A DNA stretch of 64,000 bases from Wenzhouxiangella sp. (GTDB lineage: Bacteria > Pseudomonadota > Gammaproteobacteria > Xanthomonadales > Wenzhouxiangellaceae), in contig JAZBPR010000027.1 in assembly GCA_036351735.1 (NCBI GenBank), positions 39,073 to 103,072 of the forward strand, in the 5' to 3' direction. Both the position numbers and the translations under genes were made by a program. Below are positions 50,317-62,308 of the stretch, in pieces; position 1 is the stretch's first letter, and each line of letters starts with the position of its first letter. The notes under the pieces were generated by a model. That model made no database searches. It saw only the letters and a program-made list of their open reading frames with translations, and was not told the origin of the DNA.

Positions 50317-50604
50317 ATGCTGCCAGTCGCCAGAAACCGGTCGTTTCATGTCCCCCATGGCCTTGCCGCCCTGGCCGCCGCGGTCTGCCTTGTGATTGCA
50401 TTTACAACTGAAGATGGCAACAGCACCCCGCAATTGGCGGGTTTGACAGATCAACCCTGTGTGCAGAGCCCGGTCGAGAGTGAAACCAGTCGAGATACAC
50501 CTCAGACTGGGCGCGATGCCCAGAGCGGGGAACGTCGAGCTGTGCGAGGCGCATCGGCGGTCTTCATTCCGTGGTTCCCAGGGCGCAGATCGGCGGGTGG
50601 ATGA
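50317..50604 (+). CDS. Small hypothetical membrane-anchored protein, first gene of the GntR/ABC operon
   Basis: GAGGAG RBS, N-terminal hydrophobic segment, low-complexity linker, C-terminal VFIPWFPG. ATGA overlap with gntR. Confidence 0.65.
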   Translation: MLPVARNRSFHVPHGLAALAAAVCLVIAFTTEDGNSTPQLAGLTDQPCVQSPVESETSRDTPQTGRDAQSGERRAVRGASAVFIPWFPGRRSAGG

Positions 50605-50963
50605 GCACCCAATGGGACGATAACCAGCCCATCTATTGGCAGCTTCGTGAACGCACCGTTGCTGCCATTCTGGATGGCGCACTGGACGAAGGCCAACCGC
50701 TGCCCTCGGTGCGACAGGTCGCCGTCGACTTTCAGGTCAATCCTCTAACCGTCTCAAAAGCCTATCAGTCACTGGTCGATGACGAACTGGTCGAAAAAAA
50801 GCGCGGCGTTGGCATGTTCGTCTGCGAGGGCGCCAGATCCAAGCTTCTGGAAAGCGAACGCGAACGCTACCTGTCAGAGGAATGGCCCAGACAGGCAGAG
50901 AAAATCCGTCAATTGGGGCTCAACGTCGAAGAGTTGGTTCAGTCAGCTACGGCGTCAGATTAA
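50601..50963 (+). CDS. GntR family regulator, YtrA subfamily
   Basis: 120 aa with PIYWQL, LPSVRQVA, VNPLTVSKAY and RGVGMFV. Confidence 0.9.
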   Translation: MSTQWDDNQPIYWQLRERTVAAILDGALDEGQPLPSVRQVAVDFQVNPLTVSKAYQSLVDDELVEKKRGVGMFVCEGARSKLLESERERYLSEEWPRQAEKIRQLGLNVEELVQSATASD

Positions 50964-50972
50964 GGAAACCGT

Positions 50973-51827
50973 ATGACCAGCATCATCAAGGCAAGCCATT
51001 TAAGTCGAAGCTTCGGTCCCGTCCGCGCTCTCGACAACGTTGATCTTGATATTCCGGCTGGGCGAATTGTCGGCTTGATTGGCCCGAACGGGGCTGGCAA
51101 GACCACAGCGCTGAAAGCCATCCTCGGGCTATCAAGTTACCAAGGTGAACTGTCCGTTCTGGGCCTGGACCCTGCGCGAGAGCGAGATCGCTTAATGCAG
51201 GACGTGTGCTTTATCGCAGACGTAGCGGTTCTGCCGAGATGGGCGAAAGTCAGCCAGATCATTGATCTGACAGAACAACTGCATCCCAACTTCAGCCGCG
51301 AGCGCTGCCTGCATTATCTCGAGAGCACCAAAATCCGACCTGACTCCAAGGTCCGGGCATTGTCGAAGGGCATGGTGGTCCAATTGCACCTGGCACTGGT
51401 CATGGCCATTGAAGTGCGTCTGTTGGTGCTTGATGAACCCACGCTGGGTCTCGACATCCTTTTTCGTAAACGCTTCTATTCAAACCTGCTCAACGAGTAC
51501 TTTGACGAAGAACGAACCATTGTCATCACAACCCATCAGGTTGAGGAAGTCGAACACATCCTGACCGATCTGATCTTTATCAAGGATGGGAAACTGATTC
51601 TCAACGCGTCGATGGAAGCCATTCATGAGCGGTACACCGAAGTGATGGTCCGTCCAGAACAACTAGAAGCGGCAATGGCACTGAATCCGCTGCATGAGCG
51701 AGTCCTGTTCGGTCGCCGCATCCTGCTCTTTGATGAACCCGACAGAGAAAAACTCGCACCCCTTGGAGAGATTCATCGGCCCAGCGTGGCTGATCTGTTC
51801 GTCGCACTGATGGGAGAAGGCGAATGA
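50973..51827 (+). CDS. ABC transporter ATP-binding protein (YtrB-like)
   Basis: GPNGAGKTT, LSKGM, LDEPTLGLD and TTHQVEE. Confidence 0.92.
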   Translation: MTSIIKASHLSRSFGPVRALDNVDLDIPAGRIVGLIGPNGAGKTTALKAILGLSSYQGELSVLGLDPARERDRLMQDVCFIADVAVLPRWAKVSQIIDLTEQLHPNFSRERCLHYLESTKIRPDSKVRALSKGMVVQLHLALVMAIEVRLLVLDEPTLGLDILFRKRFYSNLLNEYFDEERTIVITTHQVEEVEHILTDLIFIKDGKLILNASMEAIHERYTEVMVRPEQLEAAMALNPLHERVLFGRRILLFDEPDREKLAPLGEIHRPSVADLFVALMGEGE

Positions 51828-52792
51828 ACGCGCGCAACCTCAACAGCCTGTGGATGCTCATGAGACGCGAAGTCTGGGAGAGCCCGTTCGCGTTTAAATG
51901 GGCTCCGCTTCTGATCGCCGGGCTGATCATCCTTTTGACCATCATCGGCCTGATTCTGGGCGCACGGTTCGATGGCAACATGACCTTTACCGTGGACGCC
52001 ATGCGTTTGTTCGCGGATCTCCCCGCCGAGCAGAAGCGCCTGATCGTCTCAGGCAGCTTGTTCGCAACGTCGAGTCTGTTCCTACAAGTCATGGTGTTGG
52101 TGATTCTGTTTTATCTGGCCGGCAGTTTGTATGACGACCGAAAGGACCGATCCATCCTGTTCTGGAAGTCGCTGCCCATCTCGGACGCCATGACGGTCGC
52201 TTCCAAGTTGGCAACCGCCTGCATCATGGTGCCAGCCCTGTTCTTGGCCGCCATCATACTGACCCAGTTGGCGCTGCTTCTGATTGGCAGCGGCTACGCG
52301 CTAGTCGCCGGCATCAACCCGTTCACCAATATCTGGTGGCCGGCGAGTCTTCCGCGTTTATGGACGGTCATGGCGGCCGGCTTGCTGGTTCAGGCACTCT
52401 GGCTGCTGCCCATCTACGCCTGGCTTCTGTTTTGTTCGTCCTGGGCGCCCCGACTGCCGATTTTGATCGCAGTTGCCATCCCGGCCGGCGTGAGCATCGC
52501 CCAGCACAGCTACAGCCTCATCTCCGGATTCAGGTTGCCGGAATTCAATCTCGGGCTAATCATGCTCAAGCGCCTGGGTGGCGGGGTTCTGCCGGGGAAT
52601 GTCAACATTGAGGTCGGATCAGGCAGCGGCGCATCCGCACTGGAAGATCTCGAGTTCAGCGAAGAGCTGTATATGAGCTTCTCCAATCTGGGTGCCCACC
52701 TGATCAAGCCGGAGATGTGGATTGGGTTCGCCATCGCGGCCGTGTTGATTGCCGGTGCCGTCTTCTTCAGACGCCGGGCGACGGACAACTGA
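51824..52792 (+). CDS. ABC-2 type permease
   Basis: Six hydrophobic segments, LYDDRKDRSILFWKSLPISD motif. Confidence 0.85.
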   Translation: MNARNLNSLWMLMRREVWESPFAFKWAPLLIAGLIILLTIIGLILGARFDGNMTFTVDAMRLFADLPAEQKRLIVSGSLFATSSLFLQVMVLVILFYLAGSLYDDRKDRSILFWKSLPISDAMTVASKLATACIMVPALFLAAIILTQLALLLIGSGYALVAGINPFTNIWWPASLPRLWTVMAAGLLVQALWLLPIYAWLLFCSSWAPRLPILIAVAIPAGVSIAQHSYSLISGFRLPEFNLGLIMLKRLGGGVLPGNVNIEVGSGSGASALEDLEFSEELYMSFSNLGAHLIKPEMWIGFAIAAVLIAGAVFFRRRATDN

Positions 52793-52825
52793 GTCAGCGC
52801 CGCAAGAGACCTCCCGACGAGCCAG

Positions 52826-53500
52826 ATGCACGGCAACTCAGCGGATCTGGATGTCATCATCCCGGCCGGACCCGGCGAGCAGTCGTGGCGATCCCTGGTG
52901 GATCTTCTCCCGTCCCGCTGGCCTGTCTTGATCACCGCGGTGGACGATGCACCCTTGCATCTGCCGCCAAACGTCGATTGGTTGCAGGGGCCGGCTGGTC
53001 GCGGCAGACAGCTGAATTTAGCCGCTGCCAGCGCGAGTGGGCGTTGGATGTGGTTTCTGCACGCTGACAGCCAGCCCTCTTCCGGGGCAATCGAGGCGGT
53101 TGAAGAACTTGCTCGGTCAAATCAAGAGGTCTTGGCTTATTTCGACCTTGGTTTCCTTTCGGATGGGCCTCGCGCCACGTCTCTGAACGCGCTCGGCGCC
53201 AACTTGCGCTCACGCTGGCTGAAAATGCCGTACGGCGATCAAGGCCTTTGCCTGGCGAAGCACTGGTTTGACAAGCTGGAAGGTTTTAGAACTGACCTGA
53301 GGCGCGGTGAGGATCTGGACCTGGTGATCCGGGCGCAAGCCGCTGGGCTGCGCCTGCAGCGCCTTGATGGCAGAATCTGGACGAGCGCACGACGCTACCG
53401 CGAGCACGGATGGCTCGCCACCACCTGGCAGCATCAAGTCAACGCCTGGAGGTTAACGCGGGCGGCAAAGGCTTCCATCCGGGCCTCAAAACAGGCATGA
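52826..53500 (+). CDS. Family 2 glycosyltransferase, TIGR04283-like (rSAM/arsenosugar-associated)
   Basis: GRGRQLN, FLHAD, PYGDQG, ED and TSARRY motifs, adjacent to arsS. Confidence 0.82.
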   Translation: MHGNSADLDVIIPAGPGEQSWRSLVDLLPSRWPVLITAVDDAPLHLPPNVDWLQGPAGRGRQLNLAAASASGRWMWFLHADSQPSSGAIEAVEELARSNQEVLAYFDLGFLSDGPRATSLNALGANLRSRWLKMPYGDQGLCLAKHWFDKLEGFRTDLRRGEDLDLVIRAQAAGLRLQRLDGRIWTSARRYREHGWLATTWQHQVNAWRLTRAAKASIRASKQA

Positions 53501-54177
53501 CTGCTATCGCCATTTTTGTCAAGACGCCGGGATACTCGCCGGTCAAATCCCGTCTGGCCCAAACTGTGGGTCAGCACCTCGCCGAAACCTGTCACTTGAT
53601 GAGCGCAAAGGCAGTCGCAGCCGTCGCCGAGAGCGCAGGGCTCGGGCCTGTTTACTGGGCTGTTGCCGAGTCAGAGGCCGTCGGCAGCGCAACCTGGAAA
53701 GACTTGCCGATCTTGCTCCAGCCGCCGGGTGATCTGGGTACGCGCATGCAAGCTATCCACGATGAATTGGTCCGCAGACATGACCGAGCGCTCCTACTCG
53801 GCGCTGATCTCCCACAAATCGATCGAGGCTCTTTGCAGACCGCCGACGCTTGGCTGGATGGCAGGCATAGCCGAGGCGTGATCGGTCCGGCCGACGACGG
53901 TGGCTTCTGGCTGGTCGGAGCCAATACTCCGCTACCAAGCCAGCAGTGGGAAGCGCCTCAGTATGGCAGCCAGAACGTGTTGGAGAGGTTTCTGGATGCT
54001 GCAGGAGAGGGTCTGGATTGGCAGCGGCTTGCAGCACGCACGGACCTCGATCGCATTGAAGATGTTTCGCGCGTGATTGAGCAGTTGCGAAATCTCTCGC
54101 ACCCACATCCAGTCCAGCAGCGTCTGCTAGATTGGCTGGTCAACCATCTTTCGAATCAGGATCTGCACCAGCCATGA
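53497..54177 (+). CDS. TIGR04282/DUF2064-like transferase (rSAM/arsenosugar-associated)
   Basis: FVKTPGYSPVKSRLA, QPPGDLGTRM, GADLP, GPADDGGFWLVG and DLD. ATGA overlaps on both sides. Confidence 0.82.
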   Translation: MTAIAIFVKTPGYSPVKSRLAQTVGQHLAETCHLMSAKAVAAVAESAGLGPVYWAVAESEAVGSATWKDLPILLQPPGDLGTRMQAIHDELVRRHDRALLLGADLPQIDRGSLQTADAWLDGRHSRGVIGPADDGGFWLVGANTPLPSQQWEAPQYGSQNVLERFLDAAGEGLDWQRLAARTDLDRIEDVSRVIEQLRNLSHPHPVQQRLLDWLVNHLSNQDLHQP

Positions 54178-55136
54178 AAGAAACCTGGCCACTGCTGAAA
54201 GACACCGATTTTCCTTCCATCCGCCGCCAACAGATGGAAACTCTGCAGCTGAATCTGGGCTATCTGTGCAACTTAAGCTGCGTGCACTGCCATGTTGCAG
54301 CGGGCCCCAAGCGAACCGAACTGATGGCCCGCGAGACCATGGCGCAGGCCTTGGCCGTCGCCGATCGGTTCCAGGTCGCCAAGCTTGATCTTACCGGCGG
54401 CTCGCCAGAAATGAACCCTGATTTCAGGTGGTTGGTGGAAGAGGCAAGAGCCCGCGACATGCACATCATGGACCGGCTCAACCCGACCATCATGGAAGAG
54501 CCCGGATACGAGTGGGTGGGCGAGTTCCTGGCAGAACATCGTGTCGAAGTCATTGCTTCCCTTCCCTGCTACTCGAAGGAGAACGTGGACGCACAGCGGG
54601 GCAATGGTGTATTCGAGTCCTCTATCAAGGCGCTTCAGACCCTCAATCAACTGGGTTACGGACAGGAAGGAAGCGGACTTGTGCTCAATCTGGTCTACAA
54701 CCCCCTGGGCCCTGTCCTCCCCCCGTCTCAGACCCAGCTTCAGCAAGACTATCAATCGCTGTTGTTGAAAGAATTTGGATTGGTCTTCAACCAGCTTTTC
54801 ACCATCACGAACATGCCGATCAAACGGTTTGGCTCAATGCTGCTGTCGAAAGGTCAGTTCGACGACTATCTGCTGTTGCTCAAGAACGCCTACCAGCCGG
54901 CAAATCTGGCCGCCGTGATGTGCCGACACCTTATCAGCGTGGATTATTTGGGCTATGTCTACGACTGTGACTTCAACCAGATGCTGGGCCTGCCTCTGGG
55001 CGGTGACAAGCGGCGTCTTCATCTGTCCGATCTGTTGGACTCCGATGAGATTCCGCGTGCGATCGGGATCGCGGAGCATTGCTATGGCTGCACCGCCGGT
55101 CAAGGTTCAAGCTGTGGTGGCGCTCTCAGCGGATGA
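54174..55136 (+). CDS. arsS: Radical SAM protein with Cys-rich C-terminus (ArsS/TIGR04167 family)
   Basis: CNLSCVHC SAM cluster, DLTGGSPE, ASLPCY, YDCDFNQML and HCYGCTAGQGSSCGG. Confidence 0.88.
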   Translation: MKETWPLLKDTDFPSIRRQQMETLQLNLGYLCNLSCVHCHVAAGPKRTELMARETMAQALAVADRFQVAKLDLTGGSPEMNPDFRWLVEEARARDMHIMDRLNPTIMEEPGYEWVGEFLAEHRVEVIASLPCYSKENVDAQRGNGVFESSIKALQTLNQLGYGQEGSGLVLNLVYNPLGPVLPPSQTQLQQDYQSLLLKEFGLVFNQLFTITNMPIKRFGSMLLSKGQFDDYLLLLKNAYQPANLAAVMCRHLISVDYLGYVYDCDFNQMLGLPLGGDKRRLHLSDLLDSDEIPRAIGIAEHCYGCTAGQGSSCGGALSG

Positions 55137-55684
55137 CCGATCCGCGCTTCAAGGCCATTCCCCTGGGCCGGCCGTGGTGTTGTGCGATTGAGTTGAGCGA
55201 CGGCCAACGCTTCCTGATGCGACCGATTCAACCCTCGGATGCGACACTGTTGCAACGGGGCTTTCTCACGCTGACACCGGAAGAAATCCGGATGCGTTTT
55301 CTCCATCCACTGACCGAACTGTCGACAGACTATGCCCAGCAGCTCAGCGAAATCGATCCGGCAAAGGAGTGCGCACTAGTTCTGGTGGAAGCCAAGCCTC
55401 CACCGGAAGCCAGAATCGCGGCAGTAGCAAGAGCAGCGATTGACGAGGACGGATTCGAAGCCGAGTTTGCCATCATCGTCAGCCGAGAGATCAGACAGTT
55501 CGGACTAGGCCGTTTCCTGATACAACAGCTGGCGGCATGGGCCAGAAACCGGCAGCTTATGGCCCTTTATGGTCAAGTGCTGAAAGAAAATACGCCAATG
55601 CTCAAGCTGATGTCGGAGATGGGCTTTTCCATAGAAAAGAATAGACAAGACTCAAGCGTGCTAATCGTCAGACTTGACCTCTAA
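55133..55684 (+). CDS. Stand-alone GNAT acetyltransferase resembling the Pat/PatZ GNAT domain
   Basis: RPIQPSD, IRMRF, EAEFAIIVS, GLGRFL and VLKENTPMLKL. ATGA overlap with arsS. Confidence 0.78.
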   Translation: MTDPRFKAIPLGRPWCCAIELSDGQRFLMRPIQPSDATLLQRGFLTLTPEEIRMRFLHPLTELSTDYAQQLSEIDPAKECALVLVEAKPPPEARIAAVARAAIDEDGFEAEFAIIVSREIRQFGLGRFLIQQLAAWARNRQLMALYGQVLKENTPMLKLMSEMGFSIEKNRQDSSVLIVRLDL

Positions 55685-55706
55685 CGATCCGCACCGATGA
55701 CTTGAC

Positions 55707-56951
55707 TCAATCAGATAAGTCAATGCGTTCCTGCGCTTCCTGAATCATGAATCCCTGCATGTAATCGGCACCCACACGCCACAAGTTGGCCGCCATGCTG
55801 GCATCTTCAACCATTGGCATGATGATTTTTGCACCACGTTCGCGTGCAGGTGTGCTGACTTCGCGGAAAGTGGCTTCCAGACCGTCTCCACCGGCCAGGC
55901 GCTGAACAAAATCGGGCGACATCTTGACGAAATCAACCGGTAATTCGTCGACCAACAGATCCCACCGGCTGTGCTCGTCGACTTGAGAAACACAAACCTC
56001 AATCCCCAAACTTTCAAGCAATTCGAACAGCTCGCGCGCACCCTTGATATTGCCCAGCACATCCTGAATATTGAAATCCAGCGCCAGCTTGCCGGACAGG
56101 GAGGAATTGTGCTCCGCCAGATTGGCCAGCCAGTCACGCCGTCCCGAATCCTGAATCAAACTGTCACCCTGGCTCAAAAACAGCCGAATGGGCAACAGCT
56201 GGTACTCATTGGCCAGCAAAGAAGCACAATAGGTGATCATCCAGCGATCGAGAACATTGAGCACACCGGCCTCACGAGCAGCCGGCACGAAAGCCGCTGC
56301 CGGAATCAGCGAACCATCCGCCGAAACCAATCTGGGCAGTGCCTGAAAGCTCTTGGCAGGTTCGCTGTTGGTTGCCAATACGGGTTGATACAAGACTTTC
56401 AGCGCATCTTTTCGCAAGAACTCCATCAAGAGCCCAAGCATTTGTCGGTCACTTCCGTTCGCCGCATCAATCGAGACGTCGGGTCGGATCTGTACCAACT
56501 GATTGCCGCCCGCCGCCGATGCGCGCTCAGCGCCCTTGACCAGCGAGACCAGCAATCGATCGGCATCAATGAAGCGATGATCAAATTCCGTCCAGGCGGC
56601 CGTTATAGAGACCGCAAGCGACTCATCATCCACATCAAAAGTGGCAGCCCCGATCTGCTTGAACAGTTTGGTCAACTGTTTCTCGGAAGTTCGTTTGGAA
56701 CTCTGTGGCAACAGACCAACGATCGAGCGCTCATTGAGTCTGGAGACGCAAACCTCGACGTCCAGCTCAGCTTCAACCAGATCAACAAACTGGTTGAGTA
56801 ATGCCACAAGCCCGCTGTAGCCATGCTGACCACGAACGCGCTCCCAGTGGTCCAGCGCCAGACAGAAACAGGCGGAGGCAGCACCCTTGTCTCCCTCTGC
56901 GAACGTTGCATAGGCAGACGACATTTCGGCGATGAAGTCCTCAAACCTCAT
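55707..56951 (-). CDS. Degenerate GGDEF-EAL protein (FimX C-terminus-like)
   Basis: YQPV, QALPRL in place of EALxR, LDRW, VDFVKM and ADYMQGF. The GGDEF position reads SRLNERSI. Confidence 0.78.
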   Translation of the reverse strand: MRFEDFIAEMSSAYATFAEGDKGAASACFCLALDHWERVRGQHGYSGLVALLNQFVDLVEAELDVEVCVSRLNERSIVGLLPQSSKRTSEKQLTKLFKQIGAATFDVDDESLAVSITAAWTEFDHRFIDADRLLVSLVKGAERASAAGGNQLVQIRPDVSIDAANGSDRQMLGLLMEFLRKDALKVLYQPVLATNSEPAKSFQALPRLVSADGSLIPAAAFVPAAREAGVLNVLDRWMITYCASLLANEYQLLPIRLFLSQGDSLIQDSGRRDWLANLAEHNSSLSGKLALDFNIQDVLGNIKGARELFELLESLGIEVCVSQVDEHSRWDLLVDELPVDFVKMSPDFVQRLAGGDGLEATFREVSTPARERGAKIIMPMVEDASMAANLWRVGADYMQGFMIQEAQERIDLSD

Positions 56952-57026
56952 CCTGACCTCCAGTCCTTAATCGTTGCTGCCTCAGCATCGCTACCAACGT
57001 ACATTAAAAACGACCAACTCCAACCC

Positions 57027-57428
57027 TCAAAGACTATCACTTTTGCTCTTCGCAGACGCGGTGCAGTTCCCTAAGACGGAACGAGCGAACAAAGCCTGCA
57101 GCTGACTCCGATGAAAGGCCTGAGCGTCACGGCCTTTAAAAACCCCCAGGCGCCTTGCGCGGTCGAAAAACCCCTCGGCCGGCAACCCATCGCCCAATCG
57201 ACTGACCACCAGCGCAGCCTGCAGCGGCTGACCGGCCTCAGCGTCCTCCTTCATCGTCTTCTCCAGGAGTCGCGTAACACGATGAATTCGCTGCGGCGCC
57301 GGGATCGCTACCTTGTCGGCAAGCTCGAGATAAGTCAACGTGCTCTGAAGGCCTTGTTGCCCGGTCAGCACCTGCCGCACGCGGCCAAGAAAGAGCTGTT
57401 GCTCGGCATCACTCAGGCGGTAGCCCAT
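57027..57428 (-). CDS. Hypothetical protein
   Basis: 133 aa, co-oriented 9 nt after lipA, with TLTYLELA, AALVVS and LPAEGFF motifs. Confidence 0.6.
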   Translation of the reverse strand: MGYRLSDAEQQLFLGRVRQVLTGQQGLQSTLTYLELADKVAIPAPQRIHRVTRLLEKTMKEDAEAGQPLQAALVVSRLGDGLPAEGFFDRARRLGVFKGRDAQAFHRSQLQALFARSVLGNCTASAKSKSDSL

Positions 57429-57437
57429 AGCGGACGA

Positions 57438-58445
57438 TCAGGTCTGAGTGTCGTTAAGGCCACAGTTGTTCTTTTCAAACACCCGATCAGCCCGATAGCT
57501 TGAACGCACGAGCGGACCCGAAACCACCTCGAGAAAACCCTTTTCGAGTCCTTGCTGGCGAAGTTCCGCGAACTCATCCGGCGTGACGTAGCGATCAACC
57601 GGGAGATGATTGACCGTCGGGCGCAGGTACTGACCAAAGGTCAGAATATCGACGCCGATCTCGCGGAGATCTTCCATGGTTTCGAGCAGTTCTTCATGCG
57701 TTTCACCGAGACCAACCATCAAGCTGGTCTTGGTCAACACATCGGGTCGGAACGCCTTGGCGTGGGCAAGGACATCCAGCGTCTGCTGGTAGCCGGCTCG
57801 CGGATCGCGCACCGGGTGCGTCAAGCGCTGCACGGTTTCCACGTTCTGGGCGAAGACTTCCAGACCTGAACCAACCACCGTCTCGACACAATCCAATCGA
57901 CCTTGAAAGTCGGGCGTCAACGCCTCGACCGCCGTATCCGGATTGACCTTTTTGATTTCGCGAATACAGCTGGCGTAATGACCGGCACCGCCGTCCGGCA
58001 GATCATCACGATCGACCGAGGTCAGTACAACGTACTTCAGGTCCATCAGCCGAACCGACTCGGCGGCGTTTTTAGGTTCTTCCGAATCCAGCCAACCGCG
58101 AGGGTTACCGGTATCGACAGAACAGAATCTGCACGCCCGGGTGCACACATCACCCATCAACATGATGGTGGCAACACCATTGGACCAGCACTCACCGATG
58201 TTGGGGCACTTGGATTCCTGACAAACAGTCGCCAGGCGATGTTCATTGACGTTGCGTTTGACGCGCTCGTACTTGCTGCCGGCGACCGGTAATCGGGCCC
58301 TCAGCCAGGCCGGCTTTCGACCAACGGGCACAGGTTCGGCGCCTGGCCTCGTCTTGATCCCGTCCAGAATGGCGGTATGGCCTTGCGGTTTGACGATTTT
58401 CTGGCCGCTTTTGACGGCGATTGCAATCCTGTTGCTTCGAGACAT
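57438..58445 (-). CDS. lipA: Lipoyl synthase
   Basis: [35 protein letters not shown] and VRSSY. Start uncertain. Confidence 0.96.
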   Translation of the reverse strand: MSRSNRIAIAVKSGQKIVKPQGHTAILDGIKTRPGAEPVPVGRKPAWLRARLPVAGSKYERVKRNVNEHRLATVCQESKCPNIGECWSNGVATIMLMGDVCTRACRFCSVDTGNPRGWLDSEEPKNAAESVRLMDLKYVVLTSVDRDDLPDGGAGHYASCIREIKKVNPDTAVEALTPDFQGRLDCVETVVGSGLEVFAQNVETVQRLTHPVRDPRAGYQQTLDVLAHAKAFRPDVLTKTSLMVGLGETHEELLETMEDLREIGVDILTFGQYLRPTVNHLPVDRYVTPDEFAELRQQGLEKGFLEVVSGPLVRSSYRADRVFEKNNCGLNDTQT

Positions 58446-58507
58446 GGCGCTATTCTCGCATGCCGGATGAGCGCATTTCATCAAGCCCGAAGCGCACCCC
58501 GGGCCCT

Positions 58508-61469
<2,962 letters not shown>

Positions 61470-61498
61470 TCAGCGTTCGAGGTTTGGACTGCGGATAC

Positions 61499-61527
61499 AA
61501 AAAAGCCCCGCGACGCGGGGCCTTTTT
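61499..61527 (-). terminator. Intrinsic terminator after rpmA (bidirectional form)
   Basis: AAAAAA-GCCCCGC-GAC-GCGGGGC-C-TTTTT, a GC stem with A/T tracts on both sides. Confidence 0.85.
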
Positions 61528-61548
61528 CTAGTCTCGCCGCGAAGAACC

Positions 61549-61809
61549 TTACTCCGAAGGTTGCACCGAGACGAACTTGCGTAGAGGCTTGCCTTTCCGC
61601 TCGAAAACAACCTTGCCGTCGGCCAGCGCAAACAGGGTGTGATCACGCCCAACCTTGACATTGTCTCCTGCGTGGAAACGCGTGCCACGCTGGCGGACCA
61701 AGATGTTGCCGGCCAGCACCTGCTCGCCGCCATAGCGCTTGACGCCCAGATACTTGGGATTGGAGTCGCGGCCGTTACGGGTCGAACCGCCTGCTTTCTT
61801 ATGTGCCAT
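61549..61809 (-). CDS. rpmA: 50S ribosomal protein L27
   Basis: [16 protein letters not shown]. Confidence 0.98.
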   Translation of the reverse strand: MAHKKAGGSTRNGRDSNPKYLGVKRYGGEQVLAGNILVRQRGTRFHAGDNVKVGRDHTLFALADGKVVFERKGKPLRKFVSVQPSE

Positions 61810-61814
61810 TGTCT

Positions 61815-62126
61815 TTAGCCCTCGATACCGGTGATCTTCAGGTCAGTGTAATATTGCCGGTGACCCATTTGCTTCATATGGTGCTTACGGCGACGGAACT
61901 TGATGATCCGAATCTTCTCGCCGCGGCCATGATCGACCACTTCCGCTGTCACCTTGCCACCTTCCACGGTCGGCGTGCCAATGCGAACATCCTCGCCTTC
62001 ACCGACCATCAAGACCTGATCGATCTCGACTGTGGCGCCTTTTTCAGCGTCCAGTTTCTCGACGCGGACGACTTCGCCTTCCGCTGCCCGATACTGCTTG
62101 CCGCCGGTGCTAAATACCGCGTACAT
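61815..62126 (-). CDS. rplU: 50S ribosomal protein L21
   Basis: [12 protein letters not shown] and KQMGHRQ. Confidence 0.97.
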   Translation of the reverse strand: MYAVFSTGGKQYRAAEGEVVRVEKLDAEKGATVEIDQVLMVGEGEDVRIGTPTVEGGKVTAEVVDHGRGEKIRIIKFRRRKHHMKQMGHRQYYTDLKITGIEG

Positions 62127-62165
62127 GATGAGTGCTCCAGAAAAGTGCTCTAGCAAAGAGCGGAA

Positions 62166-62194
62166 ATATTACCGGATGACGGGCTGCAGGTCAA
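62166..62194 (-). promoter_or_regulatory. Sigma70 promoter of rplU-rpmA
   Basis: TTGACC - 17 bp - TAATAT on the minus strand. Confidence 0.7.
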
Positions 62195-62213
62195 TCACAC
62201 TGATGCTTTTCGC

Positions 62214-62242
62214 TTGGCCCGCCGGGACAGGGGTCCTATACT
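62214..62242 (+). promoter_or_regulatory. Sigma70 promoter of the right-edge regulator, back to back with the rplU promoter
   Basis: TTGGCC - 17 bp - TATACT on the plus strand. Confidence 0.65.
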
Positions 62243-62308
62243 TGTGATGCCAATCACATATCAATTGATCATGATCTTTTCCGAAACCGCTCTGCAAGGC
62301 TTCTGCGA

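Noticed and set aside
55079-55200. Selenocysteine read-through of the arsS TGA stop
   Set aside because: All conserved C-terminal Cys are TGC or TGT. The TGA lies after the motif and serves as the ATGA overlap with the GNAT.
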